Assembly: GCA_046563655.1 (NCBI GenBank)
Contig: CM102284.1
Location: forward strand, 8,432,001-8,496,000
Direction of reading: 5' to 3'
DNA: 64,000 bases
Source: Yuukianura sp. NJ FZ-2021
Lineage: Eukaryota
In this document: positions 37,935 through 49,973 of the stretch, piece after piece
Position numbering within the stretch: position 1 is the first letter of the stretch
Layout: each line of letters opens with the position of its first letter
Position numbers and translations under genes: made by a program
Notes under the pieces: generated by a model
What the model was told of the DNA's origin: nothing
Databases searched by the model: none
Seen by the model: the letters and a program-made list of their open reading frames with translations, nothing else

Positions 37935-39721
37935 ATGCCGAAGGCTGAGAAGGGGTCAATCAAGTACTTGGCGAACAAGATGAAGGCCAAGGGCCTCCAG
38001 AAGCTGCGATGGTACTGTCAGATGTGTCAGAAACAATGTCGGGATGAAAATGGATTCAAATGTCACACTACGTCAGAATCACATCAACGTCAATTGCTCC
38101 TCTTTGCTGAGAATCCTCATCGATACCTCGATGACTTTTCCAAGTAAGTCTACTATCAGTTGCTACTTCTGCTTTGAGGAATTCGTACTAAACTAATACT
38201 AAATCACTCTAATTTCCAGGGAATTTGCCCAAGGATACATTGAACTGCTTCGGAGGAGGTTTGGCACAAAACGTGTCAACGCAAATCAGGTTTGTCTTCA
38301 ATCACACATTCTATCCAGATCAATAGATTCTATTGAATGCTTATTCTTAGTCAAAATTAGTGATTACTTGCTCTGTGTTGTTGAATTCAACAGATATACC
38401 AGGAATACATTTCAGACAAGAACCACTTGCACATGAACGCCACTAAATGGTTGAGTCTAACAGGATTTGTGAAGTGGCTAGGCCGAGAAGGTCACTGCGT
38501 AGTCGATGAAACTGAAAAAGGATGGTTCGTCACATGGATCGACAAGTATGTAACACTACTTTGCTTTAACTTTTCAATAATATCAAATGTTGTGTTAATT
38601 TCATTTGCGTTTGATTTTATTTCAGAGATCCAGAAACCATAGCACGACAACAAGCTATTGCCAAGAAAGCGCGGATGGACAAAGACGATGAGGAACGCCT
38701 GCAAGAATTTTTAGAAAAACAGGTTCGTTAAAACTAAAACTGAACTGTTTTAAGTGTTTGTACTTGAATCAATTTTTTGAATTTGCAGGTTGAACGAGCC
38801 AAACGTGATTCGGAGCAGGAGAGTACTTATAGTGAATTGAAACGAGAAACGGAGGATGAAAAGATCGTTGTCAATCTGAAACTAGCTCCGTCTGATTCCA
38901 AGAAGGAGAAACCATCCACTTCTAAAGCTGCAGATATTTTTAAAAACGCAAAAGATTCCAGTAGTAAGTGGGAAACTTCGAGTTCTCGCAGCACCGCGAC
39001 TACACTCTCCGTAGCAAGAAAACCTAAAACTGCTCTAGAGCAAATTCGTGAAGAGGAGGAACGAAGGAAAGCCAAGAAACTAAACCGTGATCACTGGCTG
39101 CATGAGGTGTGATTTCACTTTTCGTAACTTTTAAGAAAAGTTCGTAATTCAGTTGTAACTGTTGTTATTTTGCAGGGAATCATCGTGAAAGTGATGACGA
39201 AGCGATTAGGTGACAAGTTTTACAAGGAGAAGGGCCTCATTGTCCAAGTTATCGACAAGTATGTGGCAGTAGTGAAGATGCTGACGACAGGAACAAAGGT
39301 CAAGTTGGATCAAGAACATCTTCAAACAGTCATACCTGCTACTGGTAAACTTCACAACAACTAATTTGTTTTATTTACACAAATTATCACTGTTCACGTT
39401 CACTGCTAATTCTTTGGATATTTTACAGGTAGTCCAGTCCGAATTGTCAATGGCGAATTTTGTGGAGAAGAAGGGATGTTGTACTCGATTAACGTTGATA
39501 AATTTTCGGCAACAGTCAAACTCCAATCTGTAAGGCAGAATCGTTTGCTCTTAGAAATGAAATGACTTGTGAATTTTAAAAATTGAAACAAAAGTGTGAA
39601 CAGTTTACCTTCTTGATGATTTAATGTTAGTTTTTGTTGTAATTTACAGGGATCGAAAGCTGGAAAAACAGTGGAATTGCCGTATGAATTCTTTTCCAAG
39701 ATTCCAATCAACACCTCATGA
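37935..39721 (+). CDS. KIN: DNA/RNA-binding protein KIN17
   Basis: KAKGLQKLRWYCQMCQKQCRDENGFKCHTTSESHQRQ, HMNATKWLSL, VDETEKGWF, C-terminal KLDQEHLQTVIP. Confidence 0.97.
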
Positions 39722-40264
39722 GCACCGCTACAACATAACGTTTAGTAATTATTCAATAAGCGGGATTCTAATAATAGTTTACTTAACTAATCGAGCAGTT
39801 TTCCTTCGAACGCTTGTTTCTCGGGACTAGGATTCTGTTTTTCTGAAAGACAGCTGACAGATGAATTTTTACAATTAAAATAAAATAAGAATAAGTTCGC
39901 ACATCGCAATCTTATTGCTAATTAATTTGAAATTAATGTTGATTACATGAAAATTTTAAGTAATGTTGCGTGAATCTAGAACTGAGCCGATTTAATTAAT
40001 TATCCGGAAATCGTAGAGAACTGTAGTTAGCAGTTAATTATCAATTAAAATTAAAAATTACACGTTTCTTATTGTCTCAGCAATTTAAACGAATAAATGT
40101 GACTTGAGACGAGACTGTCGAAAGAGCGCGGGAAAACGAGTGAAATTAGTGTTTGAATAATTTATGTGGTTGGTGTAGCATCTACTCGCACAATCTATGT
40201 CACCCTGTCAATTTGTGTGGTTGGAGTAGGAGTTACTGCACACCACCCTTGTCACCCACTCTGA

Positions 40265-40498
40265 TTTTGAACTGAAGTTTAACATTGGGGGATAGGCAGA
40301 AGAGAGGAAAAGTTGACAGGAGATTATGCGAAGCAGGAAGGCTACACTCCCTTCCCTATCCTTTCCACGGCACTTCCCTTCCCATACAAAAAGCAAAGGA
40401 GAGAAATAGCCCTATCTCGCCTCTTCGCTTCGTACAATCTCCGATCTACTTTTCTGCTCTCTCGCCTATCTCCCCATGCAAAAGTACACTTCAAAACT
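40265..40498. repeat. Imperfect hairpin element related to the 32.4/45.8 kb repeat
   Basis: ggggataggc...gaaaagt...ggagatt...cgaagc pairs with gcttcg...aatctcc...acttttc...gcctatctcccc; shares ggagattatgcgaa..aaggctac with ~32516. Confidence 0.65.
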
Positions 40499-40815
40499 TT
40501 GTAAATTCAGACACATGCTTTCCCCAATGCTTTCTCATTTTAGAAAATTCCTAGAAAATTCTGCTTTTCAGTGATTTTTATTGCAGTACCGCTTCATTTC
40601 AGTTGCAGAAGCATACTATTTCGCACAACTTTAAAACAAAAAATTAATTAAACCAGTGTTAATTAATTAGTGTTGATTGATTCAGAAGTGTGCAATTTTG
40701 TAGCTGTTTGAGTGAATAAGTGAATCACTGATCCGGGATAGGAATCATCACTGTTTCATTTCAATTCCATTCCCAAGCATCAGTAAGAAGTCTCAGCATC
40801 AGTAACGACACAAAA

Positions 40816-41869
40816 ATGGTAAGTTTTGATCCAAATTATGGACTTTGTGATTGGTGATTGTTAAATTTCAAACTTAAGATTAGTAATTGGTGAATGTTTT
40901 TAGCAAAATCCGAATGAAGATACTGAATGGAACGATGCTCTGAGACATCATGGAATCCTGCCTCAGAAGGGAAAGCCAGAGAAGGAAATCACTGAAGACG
41001 AAATCCTGGGAATGATCGATGCCACGGTGCAAGAGAGAAGCGGAAAAGGAGGTTCGTTGGCCAAACTTAAGTTCACAATTGAATTATATCGGTATTCTGT
41101 CCAAGTCCAGTATTTGTGATGTCGCTTATTTGTGTAGGTGTGAACCTGGACAAGTTGTCGCTGGATGAACTGGATGAGTTTGAAGACGAAGAGGATGAAG
41201 CCATAATGCAGCAGTATCGGCAGAAGCGTCTCCAGGAAATCAAGGCTCAGCTGGCGAAGAGTCAATTTGGAGAAGTCATTGAAATCACTGCTCAAAACTA
41301 CGTCCAGGAAGTGAACAAGGCTGGTCAAGGGGTCTGGGTACTTTTGCATTTGTACAAACAAGGGTACGGTACAAGTCAATTACAAACTAGTAGTTGGATC
41401 AAGACGTTGACCAATCGATTATCATAATTCTTTATGCTTTTAGAATCCCGATGTGCAGTTTACTGAACCACTACATGGCTCAACTGGCCAAGAAGTTTCC
41501 TACAACGAAATTCATCAAAAGTATTTCAACTGTTTGTATAGAAAACTACCCTGACAAGAACGTTCCAACGATTTTCGTGTACTTCGAGGGAGAAATGAAG
41601 AAACAGTTCGTTGGAGCTGAGTCTCTACGTGGACCTAACCTTACTCTTGACGGTGCACAGAACATAATTAAACTACTTATTACTAATTACAGTTTACATT
41701 TAACAGCAATAATTTAACAACATTTTGTATTTTCTTTGCAGAGTTTGAGTTCCTATTGGGAAAAGCCGGAGCCGTCCAAACAAGTATTGAGAAAGATCCA
41801 AGGCCAAAGGTCAAGGACGCTCTCTTTTCAAAACTCGGAGGACGAAGGGACGAAGACGACTCAGACTAA
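40816..41869 (+). CDS. PDCL3: Phosducin-like protein 3 / viral IAP-associated factor
   Basis: ATG-only first coding exon then [65 protein letters not shown]. Confidence 0.95.
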
Positions 41870-42138
41870 TCTGAAACTACAACATTTTTAAATCTATAAC
41901 TTCAATAATCCATAATTAATGTTTGTGATTTCTGTTTCGCTTTGACTAATGGATGCTCTGTGGACCATGGCCTTAACTCTTAACGGTGACAAAAATAAAA
42001 AGTAGCGTGCAAATCCTACACTTTTGGAAGAATTCTGCCGAGGACAGGAAGCGAAACAGGATGTTGTCTAAGATAAAGACGCGTGGGATGAAGAGTCTTA
42101 CCAAAATTCAGATCTGTCTTAGTAACCTTCTTAGATTC

Positions 42139-43095
42139 ATGCAACGCAGAGACATTTTTAGCATGTGGACTACGTTGTACTTCATTTTGACCTTTGCCCT
42201 GGTTGTCCCATTGATGTCGGATGACCTCGAATCCCGTCGCGAAGCAACTCCAAACCCAAATCGCAGTCTTTGTCCCGAAGTCAAGCCGATGACCAACTTC
42301 AACATCTTTGCTGTAAGTAATTCTAAAGGATCCATAAATAAGTAAATAAATAATAATAAAATAAGTAATAATAATAATAAAATAAGTTATATATTTATAC
42401 TTACTTAGATGTTGGGAGATTGGTTCGTGGCGTTTTACTACTCCAGTTCCGAGGAGGCCTTGACATATGACTGCATGAGAGTGGAATTCGGGTTGTCTCA
42501 AGGCAACATGGACATGCGGATGAAGATGACCTATCGATATGCCAATGACCCCGAAGATGAAGTCCAAACTGGCAACATGACCTGGCAGATTCCAGATCCC
42601 ATGAGACCAGAACACTGGAGACATGTCGAGGACCACTGTACAAAAAATGAAATTTTGAAATTGAAATGTTGAAATTTTGAAAAGTGGAATTGCGCTGGTG
42701 ATGGTTGTGTCCAATTTATTGCAGATCGTGGGATTTACAACACTGACGTGATCGATACGGACTACTCTTCGTGGCTCCTTCTCCTGCACTGCTCTGATCC
42801 AGAACCAAACAAGAAATTCCTGTCAGCCTTCATCCTCAGTCGGAAGCCCAGTTTGCACAAACAGACGGTGGAGTACTTGAAGGAGAAGATTGGGCAGTAC
42901 TTTATAGATTTGGAATACTTGTTCCCAGTCAATCAGCTCAGATGCTTGGCTCAAGGAGAAGATCTTCCGGAAATGACGCTTGAAAATCCAGTATCCTCAG
43001 ATGCTGTCAATACAGACGATCTACCCCAGTACTCTCGACCTGAACAAAACGAAAATGATTTTGATTTTGTACGTGACGAGGACGAAGGTTTGTGA
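42139..43095 (+). CDS. Lipocalin (ApoD-like), second family member
   Basis: Signal peptide, LCPEVKPMTNFNIFA-MLGDWF (GxW), VIDTDYSSW, AFILSRKP. Start at 42139 or 42163. Confidence 0.85.
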
Positions 43096-43156
43096 AATGC
43101 TTCCAACATTCAGCGATTTTTTGGAAATAAAGTTGTAATTTGTTTACCTTGTAAGC

Positions 43157-45367
43157 TTACGAGTCTCCGCCAGTAGTAGTAGTGGTTGGTGGTTTCGAAT
43201 TTCCGGATTCCTGTTTCGAAGTTCCGGATTCCTGTTTGGAAGTTCCAGATTCCTGTTTCGAAGTTCCGGATTCCTGTTTCGGCGGTTTCTCTTGTCTCGC
43301 TTCTGTTGAACTTCGTCCTGCATTTTGTTTAGTCGTTTGTGCCTGTCCACGATCAGCCCCTGAATTTCTTCTCCAAGCTCCAGGACGGTAAACTTCCCGG
43401 TCCGGACGACTACGTTTTGGTTTCTCCTTTTCATTCGGTTTTGAATTATCGCCAGCACTAGCCGTTGTCACTGCCGATGTACTTGGTTTGTCACCATTTC
43501 GTGAATTTTCACCAGTATTTGCAGATTTTTTAGTTTTAGAACTTGCAGTAGACTCAGCATCGCCTCCTGATTCTGCCACTGGAACTGTTTCCCCGTTTTT
43601 CAGTTTCTTCACTCGAACGATCTTCTTGACAATTTTCTTCTTCGGCTCTTTCTTGGCTTCAGCCGTGCTTGGTGGTGGTTGGGCTGTTGACGTCGAAGGA
43701 ACTTCTGCAATATCTGCCAACTTTTCACATTTTGGCTCAGAATCTGCCTCAACAGTTTGTTTCTGCGGTGCAGTGTCGCTCTTTCCTTCGTGAGAATTTG
43801 ACGAAGCTGCTTGACCTTTGACCTTGTCACTTTTGTTCTTGGAAGATCTCCAGTTACCTTCACGTTCAAATTTCGGTTGTCTGGACTGTCGCTCAGCATT
43901 TTTCTTGAATGGCTTTGACCCATATCGACTATCATTTCGTTTGTCACGATCTTTTTGTTTTGCCGTTCCAGAAGTAGAAGGTTCCTCTTCCTTGGTCTTG
44001 TCATTTCTGGATCCATCTTCCGAGACATGTGATATTGGAGGATTACGAGGCACTGGGGGCCCTTCATCACCGAAAGAAGATTCTACATCTCCCAGTTTGG
44101 AATCTGCTTGGCTTATTCCACTTGACTCTGTTTTGGTAGTAGATGAAGATGCTGGTCGTTTTGTCTCTTGATTGGCCTTTGCTGCTTTCCGAGCTCTGCG
44201 ACTTGCTTCTTTTCGTAATTTATCCTTTGCTAATCGTTCACGCCGTGTATGATCCTTATCCTTGTCGTCCTTCTCAACTTCTGGACGATCACGCTGATGA
44301 AACAAAACAAAAATTTATAGTAAACGGCAACGATTTTGAAATAACTTTAACTTTAGTATCTTAATTTTGCTTACGTGTTTGCGTTTATGGGTTGATTTTG
44401 CTTTCCGAAGGGCAGCAGCAGCTTCTTCTCGTAGCCTCGATTTCTCTCGTTTTTCTTCTTCTTGTTTCTCGATAATGTATTTCGACAGTGGCGTTTCTTG
44501 AAGACTCGCTACAAAAACAATCAATTGATGATAAATAATCCATAATGAATCGATGAGTCATCGATTCTTAATAGATGTTGAAGTTTGTAGATGTTATAGT
44601 TTAGAATGTCCGGATTATTTACCTAGTGCAGCCTTCCTTTCGTCAATTTCACGAATCATGATGTCCTGCAACAGTTCCAAAGGGAGTGGAGGATCTGAGA
44701 AGACACCATCAGTATCTTCGTAGATGTCTTGGAGCTGTTGGAACTCCTCAGTGTCGTAAATAGTCCCCGCGAGTGGGTCATCGGCCACAACCGGTGGCTT
44801 CGGAAGATCTTGGTTGAGCATAATGTCAATCTCAACTTGGAACTCCTCTTCCCGTTGATCCACTATGACTATCCCATGTACTTGCTCTATCCAGTACACT
44901 ACATCTTCCTTGTGTAGAAAGTTTATGACTGCAAATGAATACGGTGGCATATCCCCACACTGGACTCCAGACTTGTACAAAAAGTAATTGTGTGGTGCGA
45001 GCTGGCCAAAGTAGTCGTGAAAATCCTGTTCTGACATTGACCCAGGGAGATTGGACACCGATATCTAGAATAACAAGACACTACATTTGGCAATTACAAG
45101 TTTAAGAAATCAGTGATTAACACTAATTACCTTGAATCCTGTGTTTTTAGGACGAGTCGTCACTGCCACCGCTTCCGGATCCTTGTTCCTCTCCTCCTCC
45201 AGAAATAACACAAGTGAGTCGTCACTTGAACTGGAGTTGGATCTCTCCCGTCTCTGCTTCTGCTTGGCATTGTTGACCTTGACCTTTGGCCCTTCCGGGG
45301 TTAACTGGACATCTTGACTTACTCCACTGAGGCTATCGTTGTCCTCCGTCTGCACAACTGGGTCCAT
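43157..45367 (-). CDS. UPF3: Divergent UPF3 (regulator of nonsense transcripts 3)-like protein
   Basis: K-ISVSNLPGSMSEQDF...AVINF...DPLAGTIYDTEEFQQL...ETPLSKYI resembles the Smg4/UPF3 domain; charged low-complexity middle; C-terminal RPDREVYRPGA resembles the EJC-binding motif. Confidence 0.78.
43193..43281 (-). repeat. Coding 21-bp tandem repeat, (KQESGTS)x4
   Basis: Visible in DNA (gttccggattcctgtttcgaa units) and protein. Confidence 0.9.
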
Positions 45368-45714
45368 TCCATCCAGAGACACAATATTTACACTAATCAG
45401 CAGTTGATTATTCAAAACTGCCTCGAAACTAATTGAAATGAAACAAAAACTGTGAATTGAATTGAATCCAATGAGTCACTGATGATGATGATGAAAGATG
45501 AACGTTTCTGTCAGCTGTTGTCTGTTGTTTATGTGGTAACGTGGAGGTGGAGTACAAATATTCCCGTTATGCTGCTCTGGCTGCACTCAACTCTCCACTC
45601 CAGTTTACATATTGAACACTTCTTGAAGTTACTAATTAGATTAAATGTTAATTGATTAATTAATTAATTGAAAAAGTGATAGGAAAATGTATGCAAAAGC
45701 TGTTTTTATATTTT

Positions 45715-45978
45715 ATTTAAATTTGAATTTAGAAATTTAAATTTTTTCCCGCCATTGACTCCCCACCCAGAGAAAATGGGGTGAGGGGAAAAGAGGGGAG
45801 CCTTTTTGATTCGCATAATATCCGCATAAGATCCGGCCAAAATCGAGCGTCCACTTTTAAGATAACAGTCTGCACGACACGCAAAAATACACGCAAATCA
45901 CACCGTGTCTTTTTTGCAACCGGCACTCACTGTATACCTGTCTCTCCTTTAATTTATTTTTGCATGGCGTTGCAACTT
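45715..45978 (-). repeat. ~265 bp dispersed repeat, copy 2 (inverted)
   Basis: Reverse complement of 32361-32630 with scattered substitutions. Confidence 0.9.
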
Positions 45979-46483
45979 TAACATTTCATTTCAAAAGTTT
46001 CTGTCGTTTTTTGAAAATGGATTTGAATGAATCGAGCATACTTTTTTTTAAAAGTTTTTACTTGTGTTGAAATGTGTTCTAATGCACCATAGGAGGTCAC
46101 ATCATGTGACCTCTGGACCGATGTCAACTTTTTTTAGTTTTGGCGAAGTTTCTTTGGTTTGAGGAGACAGTTGACAAAGGACTCATCCTCGGGAACGTCC
46201 AAATTGTATAGCTTCACATACGGAATTGAATGGAATTGAATTGTGAGAGTCTAAAGATGAATAGAGACTGATATTGAAAAGGATTCAAAATACTTCTGTA
46301 CACAACTGTACACAAAGTGTACAGAAAGAGAAAGTTCTGGACAATGAGACTCCTCTCACAGAATCCACGCCTTTCCAAAAAATATTCCATTCCGCTTTCA
46401 ATTAACTCCCATTTTGAATTACTTTTCAAAAACTTTCTTTTCACGTTTTCTCCCAAAGTTATTTCAAAAGTTCTTTTTAAATT

Positions 46484-48081
46484 TCATTCTTGTTGGAGAG
46501 GCATGTGGAAGTAGCGATCTCGATCTTCAACGAATTGATCCCAGGGTTGGAACTTCAGAATGTCATTGGAGAATCGATCTGCATGACCTTGGTAACCTGC
46601 AAAAGAGAGGTCACGTTTTAACTCAACTTTCACTTAATTTTAACCAAGTTGGTGTTAAATTTTGACCTTCGTTGGGTGGATCGTCGTCTACTTTTCGTTC
46701 GTAGGAGTCGTAGTAGATGGATTTTTCTGTGGTGTAGCCAACATGGGTTTTGTCAAACCACCACCGAATGAAAAACAGAAGCGGATGAACAACTAGACGC
46801 AAAAAAATTAATTTAACACAAACTAACTCAGTTAAATTAAAATTAAAAGTTGAAAATTATTTTAAAAACTGACACATCCCAAGGCCGAGGAGAAAGCGGA
46901 GACGATGTCGCTTATTTGTCAGCACAACGGTCATGTAGCAGTAGGTGTTCATCGCAATTGCAATGAAGTGAATCAGCTAAAACACGACACTTTTTAAGAA
47001 GGTCAAAGGTCAAAATCAAAAGTCAAGGTCAAAGGTCATTCCTTACCGTGATGCATCCCACTCTTCGCATGAATGTAAACTGAGGCACTTCGTAGTCTAT
47101 TATGGCCAGATAGTCCCAGATTATTGTCAGAGGAAGGAAGAACATCAAGAAGATCACAATTGTCGGGATGATCACTCCCTCGTACTTGTAGCCAAACCGA
47201 ATCACCCGGTACTCTATGTCTGCCACCTAGGAAACAGTTGACCTTTGACCTTGACATTTTTTGACCTTTGACCTTTCCATTTTGACCTACCGACATATAA
47301 ACTCGTCCGAACAAGTTCATTCTCCAGAGGAGTTCCTTCCACTCCCAGTCGATTTCCTCTTTGGTCCATTTCTCCCCGCGGCGGTACTTGCCATGTCGCT
47401 GGCGCAGGCGCAGAGCAGCGTGGCTTTTCGTCAGCCTCACCACAGCCTCATCTCCCAGTTGACTCTCATCTTTAATCACTGACGCAAGAGTGTCACTCCT
47501 GTGCCCATGATGTCGCACCTAAATTTCAAAATTTCAGTTTTAAAAGTTTCAAAATTTCCAAATTTCATTTTTCTAACAGATTCCGTTCTGCGTAATGCCG
47601 CTTCGCTTTGGGCTCTGCTGACTGTGCTTCCTTTTCTGGACTTGTGTCGTCGTTTTGGCGGCGGTGGTTGGAGATGGCCTTTGCTGAGACGTCGTAGGCT
47701 GCTGGCGCGTTTCGGCTTGTCGTCAGTCGGTGGCGACTGCTGGTCGCTTCCCGCTGGCGGAGGAGTTACGACAATTTGTGGAGATTGAAGACGGTTGGCG
47801 TGAGCACGTTTTCTTCGTTCCTCTTCGAACGAAAGTCGTGGCGGGAACAGTTTGAGTGGCGGAGGTCCACTTCCTCTTGCCTTTTGTGACTGAATTGACG
47901 CTGCGGAACTGTGACGATGTTGCTTCGAGTCTTTTGACGACGTGCTGCCGCTTCGTTGTCGCCTGGACCGACGACTACCTTTGAGTCTCCGTTCGTACAC
48001 ACGCTGCAGCAACTTGTTCTCATCTTCACTCTTTTCCTGATCATTTTCAGACTCTTTCGACTCTTTTCTCTTGTCTGCCAT
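46484..48081 (-). CDS. Hypothetical multi-pass membrane protein with basic disordered N-terminus
   Basis: Six exons join in frame from MADKRKE; hydrophobic segments GVIIPTIVIFLMFFLPLTIIW, LIHFIAIAMNTYCYMTVVL, FLLGLGM-LVVHPLLFFI; ends HMPLQQE stop. Confidence 0.75.
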
Positions 48082-49675
48082 TCTTGATTTATGCAAATTC
48101 CAAAGTCAAATCACCACAAGTTGCGAATTCTGCTGAAAAAAAAGAGAAAACTTTAAAACTTCAAAATTTCCAATACATTCAAAATATTTCATTTTTTGAT
48201 CAATTGCATAAACGCCGTTGTTTATTTCTATGAAAAACGAGTAGTGCAAAACTTTCTCGGTAGCCATGGTTTACAGAATGTAAAAAGAAAGTAACAAAAA
48301 AGCTAAATTTTTGATTTTCAGAGAAAGTGAAAAATAGTGAACTTTTTAAAAAATGAGATCTTAATGTGGTTGCTTTCATTTTTTATGTTTTTGATTGAAA
48401 CTGAGTAGAATGAGTTTTTAGCTCTGATGAAAGGCGATGATGAGCGTTGGTTTGATTGGATTTTGGAAGTGATTGTGCTGGATTTGGGTGAATGTGAGGA
48501 GAGAATTCATTGTGACTCTTTAGAAATGATTTCCATTGTTCCACTCCCCTATGATTAGCCCCCCACATTCAATTTGAGGCACAAAAGTCTCTCATCTCAG
48601 AATTATTCAGAGATGATCTTGTGGTGATCAGTGGCTATGCTCTCCCCTACTTTCATTTCAGAACAGAATTAACATGATCCACAACATAAAAAATAGTGTC
48701 CCCTCCACTCCCTAACTTATATTCATTTCCACACAAAAAAAAGTTACACAAAAGTCCAAGAGAAAAAATGGTTAAAGTAGCTTGATCATCAAAATCATAA
48801 AAAAAATTTACAGTAAAGTATGACACACTTCAATTTTTGAATATTTTCATTTTTGTGTTGACCTTTGACCTTGTTTTCTTCGTGTGAACTGGTAGATGTG
48901 GAAGTGTGAGTGTCGGAAATGAAAGTCGTTAGAAGAGAGTTTATGGGTTTTTTGGAGTGAGAGAAAGTGAGATGAGGAGATAAAAAAGTGTTTTTGGAAA
49001 AACACTTTCACTTTTAACTGGAACCCTCATGAGGATTTATCTTTAATTTTCACCCTCCCCAGTCATAAGCATAATTAAAAAATCTCTTCCACTCTTTCAC
49101 ATTTCAAAATGAAAAACTTAGATTTTTATCTTTATTGGCTTTTAAAAAAAATTAGAGAAAGCTGAGAGTGAAAGTGACCTCGCCACTTTTCCTTCATTTC
49201 GAAAATTGTGCTTTCACTTTTGTCTTAACTTTTTAAAAATTCAAGTTTCCTTTGAACATTTCTTAGTTTTTGGGTTGCTTTTGAGTTTTTAGTTGGGAGT
49301 TTGAAGGAGTGAAAGTTGGTTCTTTGTTTTGAGAGAAGGAGTTGAGCGTATGTGTGGAGAGAATGCATTGATACGTGGTTAATGCAATAGAGTTCTATTG
49401 AGACTGGGCAATTATGGCTCCATTGTGCAAGTTCCAATTCCATTTACATGTGGGTAGAACTTTTGTAAAAGTGGTGAACAATGGACAACTTAAGTTCCTG
49501 GGAAGAATGAAAGTTATGATGATGATGATGGGAGATGTGATTGAGCTTTTGAGTTGCGTAAATACATTCCTCTGCTCCTTTCTCTTTTTGAACATTTGAA
49601 TGGAGAAACTTTGTGGATGGTGGGGGGAGTGTGGTGGAGCAGAGTGAGAACATTCAGTTGTGGAAGTGAAGTGAG

Positions 49676-49973
49676 CCAGGGCGGAGCTCCTGTCGAGCAG
49701 CCACCAAGCCAAAGCCACACGTGCTTCTCACACGCCCTCAACACAAAAGTTCACAAGAAAACTAAATTTCAAATTGCTCTAAATAGAAAAACGAGTTCTA
49801 CGGAAAACACCAAACCTCAAGAATTCAAAGATTCATTTCAAAGCTAACATCTCCACTTTCTCTTCCTGCTTCAAGTGAGCGGAAATTCTGGAAAGTTCCA
49901 AGATTTAGTGAAGTTTTAAATTTCAACAACGCAACACTTCTCATCAATTTTGGAAACCAGGATGCAGAATCAG
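49676..49973 (+). promoter_or_regulatory. Putative promoter and first exon ending ATGCAGAATCAG|GTAATT (MQNQ) of a gene with a long first intron
   Basis: GC box gggcggag and E-box cacgtg, then an ATG 12 nt before a strong donor; no downstream exon found in the window. Confidence 0.3.

Noticed and set aside
42016-42789. 257-aa minus-strand ORF
   Set aside because: Antisense shadow of the lipocalin, running through its AT-rich intron.
32361-45978. A single giant transposon (Pack-MULE-like) carrying seven genes
   Set aside because: No TSD or transposase, and the cargo is intact core genes; kept only as a boundary or inversion hypothesis.
49962-49973. MQNQ exon as the start of Pax6 (MQNS)
   Set aside because: Only three residues match and no paired-box exon is present in the window.
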